A stretch of 64,000 nt of DNA, taken from contig NMRA01000359.1 of NCBI GenBank assembly GCA_002633005.1, positions 1 through 64,000 of the forward strand, given 5' to 3'. The notes beneath the pieces were generated by a model. The model worked only from the letters and a program-made list of their open reading frames with translations. It was not told where the DNA came from and did not search any database. The stretch is from Phoronis australis. Lineage: Eukaryota; Animalia; Phoronida. How positions within the stretch are numbered: position 1 is the first letter of the stretch; the number at the start of each line of letters is the position of its first letter. Both the position numbers and the translations under genes were made by a program. Shown here one piece after another: positions 37,401 through 52,400 of this stretch.

Positions 37401-40400
37401 TTACGATTTTTCATACCAGGTTGCCGAAATGCTGTCTGCGAGAAATTAGCCATTTCATCGCACCATTTTCGTTGAGTTGTTTTATCTTTCTTCCACGTTG
37501 TTCTGGCTGCCCTTCAGAATGACCGGATGTGCTCCCACTGAATGGTCTTGAGTGATGGATTGATAACAGCGAATATGCAAATATAGATCGTTGACCCCTT
37601 CTTGACCTTTGCGAAGCTAATTAAGGTGCTTGGGATGCGCTGATGTTTAACAGCTGCGCAGTTTATGCGAGGGTGTACCAACGTTTAACATGTTGTCATA
37701 GTTACAGTTAATTGATAGTAGTTTCGACGTCATTTTGAGTAGAAGAAAAACACGAAAATATTTCAGATGTGCTTTTGCCAAAATTCTTTCAGTTATTATG
37801 GGAATACAGAACGTTATTTTAAGAATTATCCACAATTTGCTCCCTCTGTTGCAAATATTTATCTTGTTTAAATACAATCTTTTGTTATACCCAATCGTGT
37901 CGTGAGTCAAACTTGTTTACAAAGTAGCCACGCTGACATTTGAGGTGATTGGAGTACCTAGTGGCAAAGATACTATAACATCTTTGCTAGTGGTGCGATT
38001 ACTTCGGGAACAATTAAACAGTTTAGCTTAGGAGTCCATGATGATTTGACCTCTTGAAAAGTAGATGTGTTTTAGATGTCGCAGAGTTAGCGAAACACGA
38101 TTTTTCGTGTATGAATTCGAGAAGAAATAATTCGCGTTTTCATAATTTTTAAAAATCAATGTCTAAATTAGTCACCCATGGCGTTTTATAAGTCACCTGT
38201 TTCCTAATTTAGACGACTCTTTTGTCTGGTTAACCTATCTATTTCTACCATTGTGTTTTTGATTCCCACGTCAGGTCAAACTTATTCGGTGAAGTAGAAT
38301 GCCGCAGTCCTATATACACGAGTCTTAGTTCAACAGACAAATACCGCCTTGTTTATGGAATGCTGGTTCTTGCGAGCAGATAATGACCGTATGATTACTC
38401 CTGTTTTTATTAACGTCAGCAAAATGTTATGATAAGTGGCCGAGACTACTTGGCCAATCTGTAACCCAAATGCGAGAACGCTGCGGTCGTATTTGGTTCT
38501 CAATATCAAGTCGCTTGTCCTTAATATTACGGGTAGAATTCCGCGCCTCCTTGTGCTTCTTGGAAATGATGTTAAAGTATTTTAATTTTAAACAATTATT
38601 GGCATTACGAAATGCTTGTAAAACAGTGCAACTTATTTAATTTAAAAACTGCCCTGAAAAATGACAATGTATTCTCGTAATGAACGTTGCGTGATTTGCG
38701 AAGAGACCAGTCGGAAACGAAAGCTTCTACCGTAAAGGGTGCAAACTAATAGAAATGTAGTTCCGTGCCTTCTGCATTTAATTAGCATCATGTCTATCGG
38801 ATCTTAGAAACTTCGATGCCAGCAATCTGTGCTTTAGCAGACCAAGTGTTGATATTTGATTCGATCAACGCAATGAGTTCATTCTTAATTGCTTATGGGC
38901 TGCAGTTTAAGGACAATGTTTTGACCTGTTCGGGAATGTGGTTTTCCCAGGTGTCCCTGCGTTGTCATCCTGTTTCCGCTAATCATCAACAGGTGTTGGT
39001 ATGGTTAAGCAGCCGATTTTCCAATGAATTGACGGCGTATTTGAAGGTTCGTTTTACCAGGGACTCCAATGGACGGTTGCATGAAACAGGCCAACTATGT
39101 TCCCTAAGTTTTCAGCGCATTTGTGGATTTTTGTCCGCTAATGTTAAAGATGCTATGTCTTATTAAATCGTGAATATTTAAATTTGTAGCAAGCGCCACC
39201 TTGTGACTTCCTGTAAAACATGTGTGAACATGTAGAAAATCCTGGTAATTCCAAAAATTACGCAATCGTTATTTGATAGTGAACTGAACAAATAACAAAA
39301 ACTGTGCCTTGTTTTATTAGGGTAATGATGATATATTACCATACTCATTTACTTAAAAACAGTCTCTTTCGTGAGATTGTAATGGTAGCTGGTTCTCGGA
39401 TGGTTTCCGGTTCACCGGAAGACCCGGGATTGTTTGTAAACTAGTATTTCATTTGCATATTCACAGTTTAATGAGACATAGCATTTTTAAATTGTTCCAT
39501 TACTTACCTATATTAGGGACTTTTCTAATAGTATTCTGAAGAGCGAGTCCTTGTTTCAATGAAAACAGATAAGTCCTTAAATTGGGACATTGCATGAAAA
39601 GGTTTCTGTTTATTTTCAACAATATTTCCCTGTACAATATACTCTCGCTATTTACTAAAGCAATACCGCAGCAATTAAGTTAAAACAGAAGCCGAAAAGT
39701 AGCTGAAAATTTAGGGAACGCAGTTAAGTCCCTATTAGGACTGTTTCCTGCAACCGCGCACAGGTGAAAGCAAGTTATACCTTGTGTGAACAATGTTCAT
39801 GTTTTTAACGACTGACCAGCGGACTTACACGTAAACACTGATTGACAAATGCTCAATAGAACTGAAGGATGGATCTCTATTATTTATCAGGAAATGAATG
39901 AACTACAGTTATTAATCAATTTACGTAGCATTTCATAGTTATTAGAGTCCGCGTCCTGAATTACCATTTTCAAAAAATAGAACAAATCTTTCGATTTATC
40001 GTTTTCGTAGATACCCATATTTTTCTGCCAAAACACAACGGATCAGGTGAGTCGGTGCCCTCTGACGATCATTCCTGAAACAATCCTCTTATCCGGTGAG
40101 CATCGTGCCCGTATATGGCACACGCTAACTCTCTCGCTCAAGGCTCTTTCTCGTGAAGAACCAACATAAATAACGATCTTCACAGTGCAGCCAATAATCT
40201 GTATTATTTTAGGGGATATAGCCGAGCCGTGTTATTTATATACAATCTGCAAACACATTCATAACATCGCGTTTGTGGAAATCTATTAAGCTAATATATC
40301 TGACTCATTTCGACAGCTCGTGTTTGTCTGGGCTTGCGTGTACGTTGTAAATTACTCTGCTCATCAAAGAAAAATATGAAGCAGTTCTGAATAAATGCTT

Positions 40401-43400
40401 GTAAATCACTGGTATTTTACAACACTCTGCAAGGTTTAGTAAATGAAAGATGGCACCGTGAATATCAAGGTTATGGTATTGAAAACGCTGTTTACACATA
40501 AGTGATGGGTGTAAGGAAACTGGACTATATTCTGTGTGGGTTTCTGAATACTTGCCGTGTGTTTCTGGGTGGAGATATTATTAGTCTTGTATAATTTGCC
40601 CTGCGCATGCTCGAATTAAACGCTGCAGTGGTTGATATCACTGTGTTGTGTTTAGCAAGCATGAACAAATCGTGGCCCCGTTTAAATCGTATTGTTCGTA
40701 GGACTCTTTGGGTATTTGGGCAGCTCTTGCCCCGAATTCGCTGCCGTTCTAAGTACCTTCACTCTGACAGTAAATAAAACTTAAGTCAATATTAAACGCC
40801 TTATAATCCTTGGCTATTTCAACAAAGTTCAGGGCATAGCCTCCGATCAACAGAGATCTACTGAAACTTAGAATCTAATCAGGATGCCTGTCTTCTACTA
40901 TGTCTCTAAATAATGTGTGTGTGGAGGTCACTTCGAAACGCTTTTCATTGGTATGTTCACGCCGACAAACAGTAATTCATTGAGAGGAACACTCGTTCAC
41001 CATTTTGCAGAAAACATCTCAGTACCATTTAATACGTTGTCCAGGTTACCTGAAACAACTGCGACACGGTCCCAGCTCATTGATGGTGACGGTCGGGGTG
41101 GTGGTGAAATATCGGGTAATGGATAATTCATTTTTTTTGTGGTTAACCCTCCCCCTTTGTTTCAAATTGGGTCAATGGAAAGTGTCCTCTCACGATCGAG
41201 CTTGAGGAAATGTTGCAGGTTATCAGAACAGAATACAACCGACTTCTTTCAGATTAAGGTAGAATTGCGCCTCTCCATTACGTCTATAATATTTGCATAA
41301 ATCACGTTTATAATGACTAAATACAACGTAGTGTGTTTAGGGTGTTATGATATTGGTCAGTATCATCACATGTGTATCTCACAATAGAACATGGTTAAAA
41401 CTTAAAACCCCATGATTCAGCGTCATTTTTAAAACCATTGTATGGTTTATGTTTTGGTGAAAATCTTTACTGTGGTTCTTTTATACGGCGAGTTGGCGTT
41501 CTTGTTTGCACTTGATAAACTTGGGCCGAATGGAGTTCGATGATGTCACCAACGGAGAGATTGACCCGCTATCTTTAGTTATTCTAGTTTAACGTTAGAT
41601 TTCGATTTAACCTGCGGTAATTAGCGCTGCGTGAGACTCTGAAGCCCCACAGTATCGACATTTTTAAAAGAATTGTAGCTTTTGTTTATTTTTTGTGTGG
41701 GACCCTTTTTTCTTAACAGGGTGAGTTACCGTTCCTATTTATGTATGATAAAGCAATGGACCGAATGGAGCTTATTGATTGGTTCAACGAGAAGATCCAT
41801 CGGCCCTGATTTAATTTGTTCCACTTTGAAGTTTGCGATTTCGGCTTCACCTAGCTAATTACTGCTGCGTAGGTCTTTAAGGTAATTTATGTTTCCACCG
41901 AACCAATTACGATTTTGTAGCCTTAAAAACACAGAAATGCTTGTAACTGTTTGTTTCAGTCCTGAAACAATACGTCATGGTTTTGCTCCATGATTCAACA
42001 GTTTGAAGTGGAGCTGTGCTTGGATCCTTGTCAATAACTAAACGTTTATTAAATACTTTTATGTGGTTATCCTCTTATAGATCAATTTTCCTCTCACAGA
42101 GCTTATGCATATGTTATATTCCAGTGTAGTCCATGAGGATCTCGAGTTCTGAGGTTTTAGGAAAAATCGCCAATGCATAGTTTCGTTTTGATTCTGCTCT
42201 CATCCCCATGTGGTCAACTCAGCTCGTAGAATCAAACATTTAACTGGGACTTAATTATCTCGTTAGTATGTACACGTTTTATTTCTAGCCTCTTTGAACT
42301 ATCTGCTGTTGATTGTCACATCTCGGAGGTCAAATGGATATATATTTCCACGTTAAATACAGATGAATCGTATTTTCACACGAATATTGCACGGTTTGAA
42401 CACATAAGCCTTTATGATTATATTCCGATTTCATAGAATTCATGTTGAGGTATTCGGAAGCCGAGTTCAAATGTAGGTTATTTACGGATTCGTTCAAGGG
42501 CAGGAATCGCGTTCGTTGCTGCACTATGTCTGTTCAGGAGGTGAGTGGGTGACTTGTTGAAGTCATAAATAAGACAGACTCAGACGGTGCTGCGCCATAT
42601 ATGGAAAGTTGGTTGTCTTCTAAGATAAACGATCTGCAGCTCTCGGCGGTATTGAGTTTCACCATCATGGCGGCCCTCATTGGCAGCTAAATATACTCAC
42701 GCTATCATCCTGTTCGTAGCTGAGGGATGGAGGCGAATTCAGTGCGTCAGATTTGGACAATAACGCTGAATATCCTTGCCCAATCAAATAAAGTACTTGA
42801 CATAAAAGCTTTCTTCATGCAATATGGTTTGTAGCGATCTAAACATTGCTCATAGCTTTTGAAAGTCCAATCAACGATTTATTTCTTAACCTTTGCAGCG
42901 CAGGTTTGAATTATGCCAAGAATTGAGGGCCAATGACCTCGAGTGCGCTATACTATTCCGTTTAAAGACTGTTTTGTGCCATCTAGGGAGGGACCTACGA
43001 GCTACATCAAATTGAAGTGATGTTATGAAAATCAAGCGAACCCGAGAGTACTTTTTCAAAAAAGCAAGCCATGGGCGGATCCAGGATTTTGAGTGGGGGG
43101 CAGGGCAGAGTATAGCCAGGATTTTGGCCGTCAGACATTTCCACCCCAGAGCTGCCACATGGAATCTGGGAGAATTTTAAGGGGGGTATGGCCCCTTGGC
43201 CCCCCTCTAAATCCGCCACTGTAAGCCCAGTTAATTCCTAATTAATGTTCTGTGATTAGTTGGTGTGGTAATGTCGTTTTTGGTGTTGATACGGGGAAGG
43301 GAAACCATTTTATCTCACCCAAGCTTGTTTAATAACTAATCTTTAGATATCTTATGTGTGCCTCAATGCGACTATGACTGAATCTCTACTGAAGCAGACT

Positions 43401-46400
43401 CATCGCTTCCTCCTTTTCAGATGTACAAGAAGTATTCGACCTGTTTGATTTCTGGGATGGTCGCGACGGTCTGGTAGACGCCTTCAAAGTCGGTGATCTC
43501 TTACGGTGTACAGGCCTAAATCCCACAAATGAACAAGTAGAAAAGAACGGTGGTACAAAGAAGCCAGGTAGGTGGTGTGCCAGTGTGAAGGCTGGTGAAA
43601 AGGTGTGTCGCGTCCGAGAAATTTTGCTACAGTACACGAATAACGGGAGGTGTAGGCTACGAACTCAGCTGGCTGCTTCACGAGTCGAGTGAAATTTTGC
43701 TGATTTCACTGTTCACGCCAAAGTGCAAACAACTGTCAGAATGAACTCCGTGCAAGTCATTCATATTTTTACGCTTTGACAACAGCGCAGTAGCCTTTTG
43801 CTGAACCCTTGGTCTAACGAAAACCTAACTTAAAATAATTTTGGACATATTCCGCTCTACTTGAAAGCGAACTCGAGATAAGTGTCCATTAGCGCTCGTG
43901 CTCCGTTATAATGGTTTACGCATATAAGTGCCAGTCTAGTCCACGTTTGCTTTTAATGACTTGTAGATTCGAACTACCAACTCGAAAGAAAACTTTAGAT
44001 TTCAAGTAAAAGCTCTAGTTTTATTGCTGGAGACATCAAGTGCAAACAAGGATTTGGCAGTTATCAACGAACGTACACCACAATGTACCCGAGCACAGAA
44101 ATGTAGACAGTTAGCGTGTGCTCGTATAAGAGTACAACAGAAAATGCTAAGAAAGTAATTTTGAGTTTCTTGTGTAAAGATTAAACTTCGGGCCCTGTAC
44201 AGCTGTTAGCCGCTAAGTATGACATTTTTGATTCAAGATTTTTCAAGCTCAAAGCATCTTGCCTTTATTACCAGTAGACAAAGTGTTATCCTTATTTTGA
44301 TGTATCATACATGATTTTTGTGTCATTTCCATTTGCGCCGGTGTGCCGTTAAAGTTTAAATCTCTATGACCTAGGGTCTAATCTCCGAACTCAAGAATTG
44401 ACTTAGACTTAGACTCGAAATTTAGGACATCATGTCGCATAATTCGTCTGCAAATCTGTAAGTGTACTCGCGGCGTGCCATGCAATTTTGTCAATTCTCG
44501 AATCGAGTTGCGAGTACAGAGATATAACTCCTGGCTCAGAAAAAAATTTCTTTCAACTACGTAAACCCCAATAGACCATTTGCAGTGTCCGGTTGCATGA
44601 AACAGTCCCAAATAGGGACTCACCTAACGTCCCTAAAAGTACTGCGTATTTGTGAGCTTGTGAAAACACTGATTGTCCTTTCTTATGCGGTTTGAGTTTT
44701 ATTACCAAGTCAATTTTTGACTTTTAAACAAAACCGAGAGTAAATTGTACGGTGAATTCTCAATATTATTGAAAATAAGTAGGGATCTTTTCACACAACC
44801 CACCTAATTTAAGGACTAAGTTTCTGATTATTATGAACTAATTAAGGGCTCAGTTTTAAGTGATATTATTGGAAAATGTCTCATTAGTCAAAGAGGAGGT
44901 CATAATCAAGATAAAATGGTAGAAAAACATAACATCGGTGAGTGAAGAGAACGAAATAAATACACAAAAGATTTAGGAAACGTAGCTCGGTCCCTGTTTG
45001 GGACAGTCTCATGCAACCGAGCACTGGTTTCCAAACTAAGCAGGGGACAAAATCGACATCTCAGCATAACTTCACCTGCGGTCATGTGGAAAACCAGCAT
45101 GAGGCTGTTCAGACATCGTGCGAAATTTCCCGCTGTGCAGTAAGACCATGACGTCACGGAAAATGGTGCAAACGATCTATTACATATGCTATCGTATTTT
45201 ATTCATGTAATATTGTCTTATTATTACGTTCTGTTTGTGGTCACGAGGATTTTTTTGGAAATCAGTTTTCTTACCATTCAGCAACTGGTGACATCTATAA
45301 GTATCATCTTATGTCGTTTATTCTAAGTTGTCTTCCTCCAGGTGAAAAGCAGTACAAATTCGAAGAGCTTCTTCCAATTTTCCACGACGTCAACAAAAAT
45401 CAAGATTGTGGAACATACGCAGACTTTATTGAAGCTTTCAAATGCTTTGACAGAGAAGGCCAGGGGTTTATCTCAGCAGCAGAGTTTAGGCACGTGCTAG
45501 AGTCTCTCGGTAAGTCTACCAGAGTGCACCCACGGCTTTCTTTCCTCAGTGGTCACAAGAATTTACGCGGCCCCACCCACCCCTGCGTCTAGCTTATATT
45601 CCATTGGAGAACAGGTTAGAGTTCTGTAGTCGTAGAATTAACAAGTGTAATCGTTGGCTTCGGTTGCACTAAGTCACGAAACTTTGCGTTTTCGCGAGAT
45701 CCTCGCGTCTGTGGAACGCACGCTAGATCATGCAACAAGTGGTCATTTTTGTGACACTTATAAGCAAACTAAGATTTGTTTCTCCTTTTAAATCTTTGAA
45801 TCTTTTAAGTGTGTTTAACGTTACTTAAATGTGGTGCTGTTTACACGTAATTACTAATTTGTTTTTCTGTTATGTACTGTCATAGTCAGTGATGCTAGCC
45901 AAACGCTTTATTGTTGCGTTGCGTTCCTTAGACGCAAGAATCTTGCACGAGAAGCTAAGGTGGTCACGTGCTTCACTTCTAACGCATGGCGACATCTCTC
46001 GATGTCTCGTGTCATCTGGGGCCGGGTCTAATCTCAGGACTCGAAATCGAATTCGAAATTATTTTTGATATTTTCCGTTCCACTTAAATACCAACTCAAG
46101 GGAAGTATATTTTGTTCTGCGTTCGAGTATGTTATGGTTTTCACAAATGATTGTCTAGTCCGAGTTAACACTTGATGGCCCGTGGATTCAAGTTGCTGAC
46201 TCGAGATTTCGAGTAAAAACTGAACTCGAAACTTCGAGCTCAGACTTTTGACTCATGAAGTGCAAAAGATGGCTACAAATTTACCTACTTAAACCGTACT
46301 AGATTCGAGCACAGAATAATAGACAATAATTTTGAGTTTGTACTAAAGAAGATCAGAAAATGTCGAAAATAATTTTCGAGTTCGAGTAAAAAGATAAGAC

Positions 46401-49400
46401 CCAGGGCCCCGACGTTTTCGGGAGGCCCTTGCGTCTACGGAACACATCCGTGGTCTCACTGTCCCACACCTCAATTGTCATAGCGCTTGTAATACATATA
46501 ATCGTTGCCGTTCCACTTTTATAAAAATTGCTGAGAACAGATTTAGAATGTAATTTTAGAAAATGTATCGTTTTGAGTACTGAGTAAGCTTCAATCCTAT
46601 ACTAAACTTGGGTTCATAAAAACGATTCAAATTCCTTTTAATTACACATTTCCCTCGTTAGTTACAAATACGCCACTTGTAGTACAGCGTATTTAATCAA
46701 AGCTATGTTCATGTTGCAGGTGAAAGGCTACCAGACAGTGATGTCGACGAGATCCTCAAGTTAACAGAAATGCGCGAAGATATCGATGGAAATTTGAAAT
46801 ATGACGGTAGGCGCCATCTGCACGAACAACCCGCGTGACAACACGCCCGCAGTTACAAGCCTTTACCTCCTTAAAAACCACCCGGGCGCGAATTCAGGAT
46901 TTTAGCAGGGGGTCCGACTGTGATCATGCATGGAAGTCACTTGCAAGACTGTGAACATGAGTGACCTTGGGTGAGACCCCCTCTGGATCCGCGCCTGCTG
47001 ACCCGTCCTGTTATAGAACATCGCGTGGAATCACTGAGGTTCACCTCACCATGGAATGAACACTTCTCTCCAACTAATAAGTTTGCTGTGCCGTTATTTC
47101 AGCAGCGTGCTCAGCCGGTGATTTCTGCCCAAAGATAACAATTTTAACGCTCCTACCTCCTTGGGCATTTTTGTAGCCAAGACACTAATTTAGTCCGTTA
47201 GGAATTCACTCAATCAACACAGGAGGTTTACACCTCATGGCGTGTTTCTAGGTCTCCCATCTGACACTGTGTCTTGGAAAATGCCCGAGGTGCGCAAGGG
47301 ACCTGTTTCACTAAAATGTGGAAACTTTACGACGTTACACACGGAGAGTTGGTCAAGACTTGCGACTGTTCGTTGGTCTCCGTTTGGACACTGGGTGAAA
47401 AAAGTCGAAAAGTTGCGACGTTGTATTGAAACAGACCCCAGTCCCTCAACTAATTTCCGTCCTCTCTCCAAATGCTCTTGGTGTTGCTCCACATCAATTA
47501 CTCGAAATCCCATTGTTATGAATTCATTCGACTTTTATAAGGAACGAATTACCGAAAAAAAAATGCTAGCCTCCCGCTTTCATGACGCAAACTGTCTTGC
47601 CCAATGTTTTCTGATCGCTGGCACATATAAGACGTTTTGCATCATCAGCGCTACGCTACAAAACCATGGCCACAATGTCAAGGTGAAGTTAAATTGAGTC
47701 CAAAGATGCCCATCTGTTAGGTCAACTTTGCGACATTTCGGTGAATTTCTGTTCCATTTCTTTTCATTCTACCTTTTTAACTTCACCTTAAATTGGTCCA
47801 TGAAGTGTGCTTGGAAAGCTAGCAAGCGCTATCTTTATGCACCTCTTTGCCTCATTGTTGGTATGGAAGCCTGTTAGACCTCTTGCTGAAAATTTAGCCG
47901 ATTACACTATGGAACGATTCGAGTTCATTGCTTGCTTTTACGAGTAGAATCGTTGCTGAAAACGTTTGAATTTGGCGATTTTCCTGAACCTATAATCTAT
48001 CGTTGTATGTGACTTTCACTACGCCCGTAACTTCAGTCCACGTCCCAGATGAATGCTCTGTCGATCTTTTGCTCTTCCTTATCAATGGCTTAGCGATTTT
48101 TGCTATGTTGTTACGCTTGTACATGTAAATTGACCTAGCCATTCTCGCACACGTCAGGGGAAAAATGGAAGGGTCATTCGATCAAATAAAACTACACCAA
48201 AGAAAAGCGTAAAGGAAATAAAATCTTTGGTTACTTTCTTTCGTCATCGTGCCGAAAATCCGAATTCAAGCGAGCGGTTGGCCATTATTGTTGAAATGGT
48301 TTTCATCGACAATTACAACGCAAGGTAAGTCCTGAAATCGCATACATGAAGTAGATCCGATTATTTTCAATAGATATTAGTTGCAAAAACTAGGTTTGTA
48401 GTTAAAACAACATTTAATTATGGATAGTTAGATTTTTATTTTGAGTTACTAGAAAATCAACGGCATACTATTTGCTTTCAAATTAAGTGTTTTGAGCTTT
48501 TTGTTTCTTAGCTAGCAATAAATTGTGACTCGTCAATAGTCATGCTTTTGTCATTTACCATTATTTTTATGAGTTGCTAATAAAATATTTAGATGTCAAA
48601 ACATGGCACTAAATTCATTTTGAATGAACTTCGTGTAATAATCACCTAACATCCTCGTTTTACTAGACACTAGAATAGCGCTTATTAATTTAATACATAA
48701 TAAGAAATGTTAACTTATTAGTTTTAGTAAACACTCGTTGGAATGTCGTTTCATGCGGACGACCGCAAGCCGCTGAAAATGCACAATTCTTAACAGTCAA
48801 TAGCTCAAATTTCATGTCTAGATATTTTTACACGCAATGTCCGTTAGGTGGCGGACTCGTCTGACAAAAATACTATCGCAGTCTGTTGAAGTTTTAACTT
48901 TGTTGCACTGCAAGGTTTCGCTGGGTGTTTCATTTCAACTAATCCGGAGTCGTCATTAAGCCTTTGATTGATAGCCATGTATATGGGATAGACTATTCCA
49001 AAGCTTTCACGCAAAATGAATATAAGCTATAATAACAATTTATTATTTGCACATACAAGAGACACTTCTCCATCAGCAGATTTTTTTCTTCAACAAATGC
49101 ATTCCGTTCGTTTGGTCCCTTTTTATTTTGCATGCGCCACCCTAGAAAATGCTTACGACTAGCTCCCCTTTTGTTCCCCGCTTCATTTCCGTTATCTCAA
49201 GTCTGTTACTAACAATGCCTTGTTCTGCTATATTGATTTCGTCTTATCAAACTTTGTCTACAACTATCACTAAAACTGTCACTAAAACAGATCTTCGACT
49301 GAAAAATGTCCCAGTCCCGTATTGTCCTCTATCGTGAAGGCATAAGTCTGTGACCATCTAACTTTGCTCGAGACCCCTACTCGAAAATTGGGCAGTCACG

Positions 49401-52400
49401 TGGTACACTTCGAGGGTTTTGCACTTTGGCATGGAAATATTACAATTACTCGCTGGCGTACATAAAAGACAGGTACGCAAAACATACCCAAACCGTATAG
49501 TTGACATGTTGGTCAATAGGTGACGTTGCTTTTCAGTCGTAGATCTGTAAACAAGGAACGTGACTTAGACTTGTCAATCATAAAGAAATGTTTTCTTTCG
49601 CAATGACAATCGTTATTGCGGGTGATCCCGATCTACGTAAGACATAGTTTATCTTTAACTACAAGACTTAAATAAATGTCGATAATGTAATGCAGACTCA
49701 AAAATTCCCCGCTTTTTTCGAGGTTCGTCCCCAAAAGTGGTTGATAGTCCGTGGACATGAGAAGGATTGACTCCGTTAATTTGTAAATAGCTTTTGCAAT
49801 TGACATTAAAGTAGAAATTCCACAGTGAAACTTGTACGCTGACTCTTTCAGACAAATTAGATGGAAGTCTCTAATTTGTTAATAACGTGCCACTTGCCCT
49901 GTCCTTCGTGACGTCATGGGTTTAAGGCAGATGCAGCTTGAGTAACATCACCGATCAAAATCTTTGCTGACCATGTTATGTTATTTAACCACTAATCGCT
50001 TTGTCGTTATTTCTCAGAGTTCGTCAAAAAAGTCATGGAAGGGCCGGAAGGTGCCAAGAAGAAGTAGAATGGTTTGCCCATCTATAGTTTCTAAGAAATC
50101 TCCAAGTTGTTACCATCGAGTTCTTGGGTTGGCATTAGGCAACATTCGTCGGTGTACAGTATTTTGAAAATGACAGCTGAAAAGGTTGTGGAAAACACAG
50201 GATGGACAATTTTTCGTTGTTATGTAATAAACAATCCCTTATTCTGAAGAAGCGTGGATGTCCTAGAGCTTCCTGCTGGAAATATTTTGCACCACCTAAT
50301 TTATATTTAAACATTTAGTCAGGTTGTTAATCGCAGTTTCGAATTAACGTCACACAATGTCGTGTATGTTAGCATAATCACGTGGTGTTGTTTATTATTG
50401 ACATTTTTCTCTTGAATTCACGTAACTCTCGTAAGTCAGCAAATCTCGAGATTTGATAGTCTTGGCGGACACCATTTAATCAACTACATGAGGACCTCTA
50501 GCCTTTAGAAAAATCAATCGCACGAATTTCAAAGATAGATTCTCACCTTGTTAGTGTTCCTTTTTCTTAGTGCAATAATAAATTTGTCAAGAGAAATATA
50601 TGAGTGTCTAGTCGTGTCTTCGTTCTTGCTAGGCCGCTACCAGCAATATGTATCGAACACTCGCTATGCCTAGTGAGTACTGTTCTTTGCTGTCAGTTAA
50701 CGATTTACTAAGTCATACACAAAAATATAATACAATAAAATTCAGCCCGGAAACAGCTATGAGCATTATATCCGTGCTTTAGTCAACAAACACACAGTAA
50801 CAAATGGGAACATTAAACCGTTGTCATTATACAAAATGAAAAAGAAAAAAATGACAATGACTCAAAACACTTCAATACAATAGCAGACTGTTATGAACAA
50901 ATGACGCATGAAAAAATGACGCTACTAGTTTCTACGTTGAATTTACCACTGGCTTTGTCTAGTAAACTATGGGATTCATTAAGTATAAACAACACATCAG
51001 AGTTACTATCGATGATCTGGAAGAGTCCTTGTCGTTGTTGAAAATTAGTTGGACAGTCCAAGAGAAAGTGAATTTTGGTATGAACTTGCCCATATTGTAC
51101 AACGGAGAGACGTTACTAAAGTTATGTGGAAATTTGTCAGAGTTAAGTAAAACCCCAGAACGCAATATATTGAGGGATTTCTCGTGAGCTTTGGGAATAA
51201 TTTTAAATTTGGTTAGAGGGAAAGGTGGATTGGCACGAAAGAGGTGATTTTTATAGCTTACCTTGTTCATTGAGGGTGAACAGCTGTCTCTTTAATTTGA
51301 AACAGATGTGAATCGTATGAAAGAATTAACCACAAGGACCAGCCAGACCCGCGAAACTCGAGTTAGATAGTTATACTTTCTTGGTAGGAAACCAAGTTGA
51401 GCTTAGGGATGGGTTCCCATTTGATGCAGTGCTACTGTCCTACCGCACTGTATGCATGATGGCACCAGTTCCTTGTATAGGGGCATTTGCATTGCCCGGT
51501 AGTGCATTTTAGTAGTTTTTCCCCTGTAACGAATTCACTTTCAAACTGGATCATGTTGCAAGTACACGGGAAACGAGTTTCGATGCGTATTTTCTAAGGT
51601 GAAATACCAATTTACCCTTTGCAATATTATTCTTGACGAGAGTGAAATATACCTTTTTTGTCAAATCTTATAACACCTTACATGGTTGGGTGGAAGGCTT
51701 AGCCATAGAACGCTAAACGCTGATTAGCGACACCATGAAGACCCCAAGAGGTGGTTTTTGGAGCGCTCTACGTGTCGTTTATCGCTTTAATTCACTCGAG
51801 CCAATAGACGGATTCAACCGAAAAAAGCTTCTATTGGAGTGAACAAAGGTGACGCTTCCGCATTTTCTGCGTTCATTCGATAAACTCTCAACCTTCCGGA
51901 AATACTTCCGCAAAGGACAATGGCGTGAACGGACTTGGCAGAACCGGTGACCAAACCTGTCAATCTGTGGAACAAAACAGTGAAAACATTACCAACAATC
52001 TAGAAGACCAGTCTAGGAGGAAAACAAATTGCAAGTGACACGATTTGTAATTAATTAAAATGTGGTTAGTTTTTAGACCTGTCATCGGTCGAGTAGCGAG
52101 ATAGTCTAAGAGGTGAGAAAATATTGACACACTTTCAACAGAAACTTCGTGTCAAAGTGTATAGAAAAAGTTGACTTCAATATATTCTTAAGTTTATTCA
52201 AAGATTTGTTGGGATAGCTTAATTTTCTGTTAATAAGGATGAATGGACATCCTGTGATGTCTTCTTCGGTGTTGTTACTACCGAAAATCCCAAATAATTT
52301 GTTCCGTTGTGATGGATGATGTTGAGCTGAAATGTCTTTTTCATGTAAAACATTATTTATTCACTTCATTCCTTCCTTGCGTTCTTAGCGTGCTTACGAG

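Noticed and set aside
41521-41882. Diverged ~236-bp tandem duplicate with short ATG frames (MEFDDVTNGEID) and an AG-G-GTGAGT junction at 41718-41726
   Set aside because: Frames stop quickly with no suitable donor, a 1-nt exon would frameshift, and the ends resemble TTAA-type MITE termini.
47235-47697. 151-aa and 92-aa ORFs in ELC intron 5
   Set aside because: No recognisable domain or splice context; likely chance or repeat-derived.
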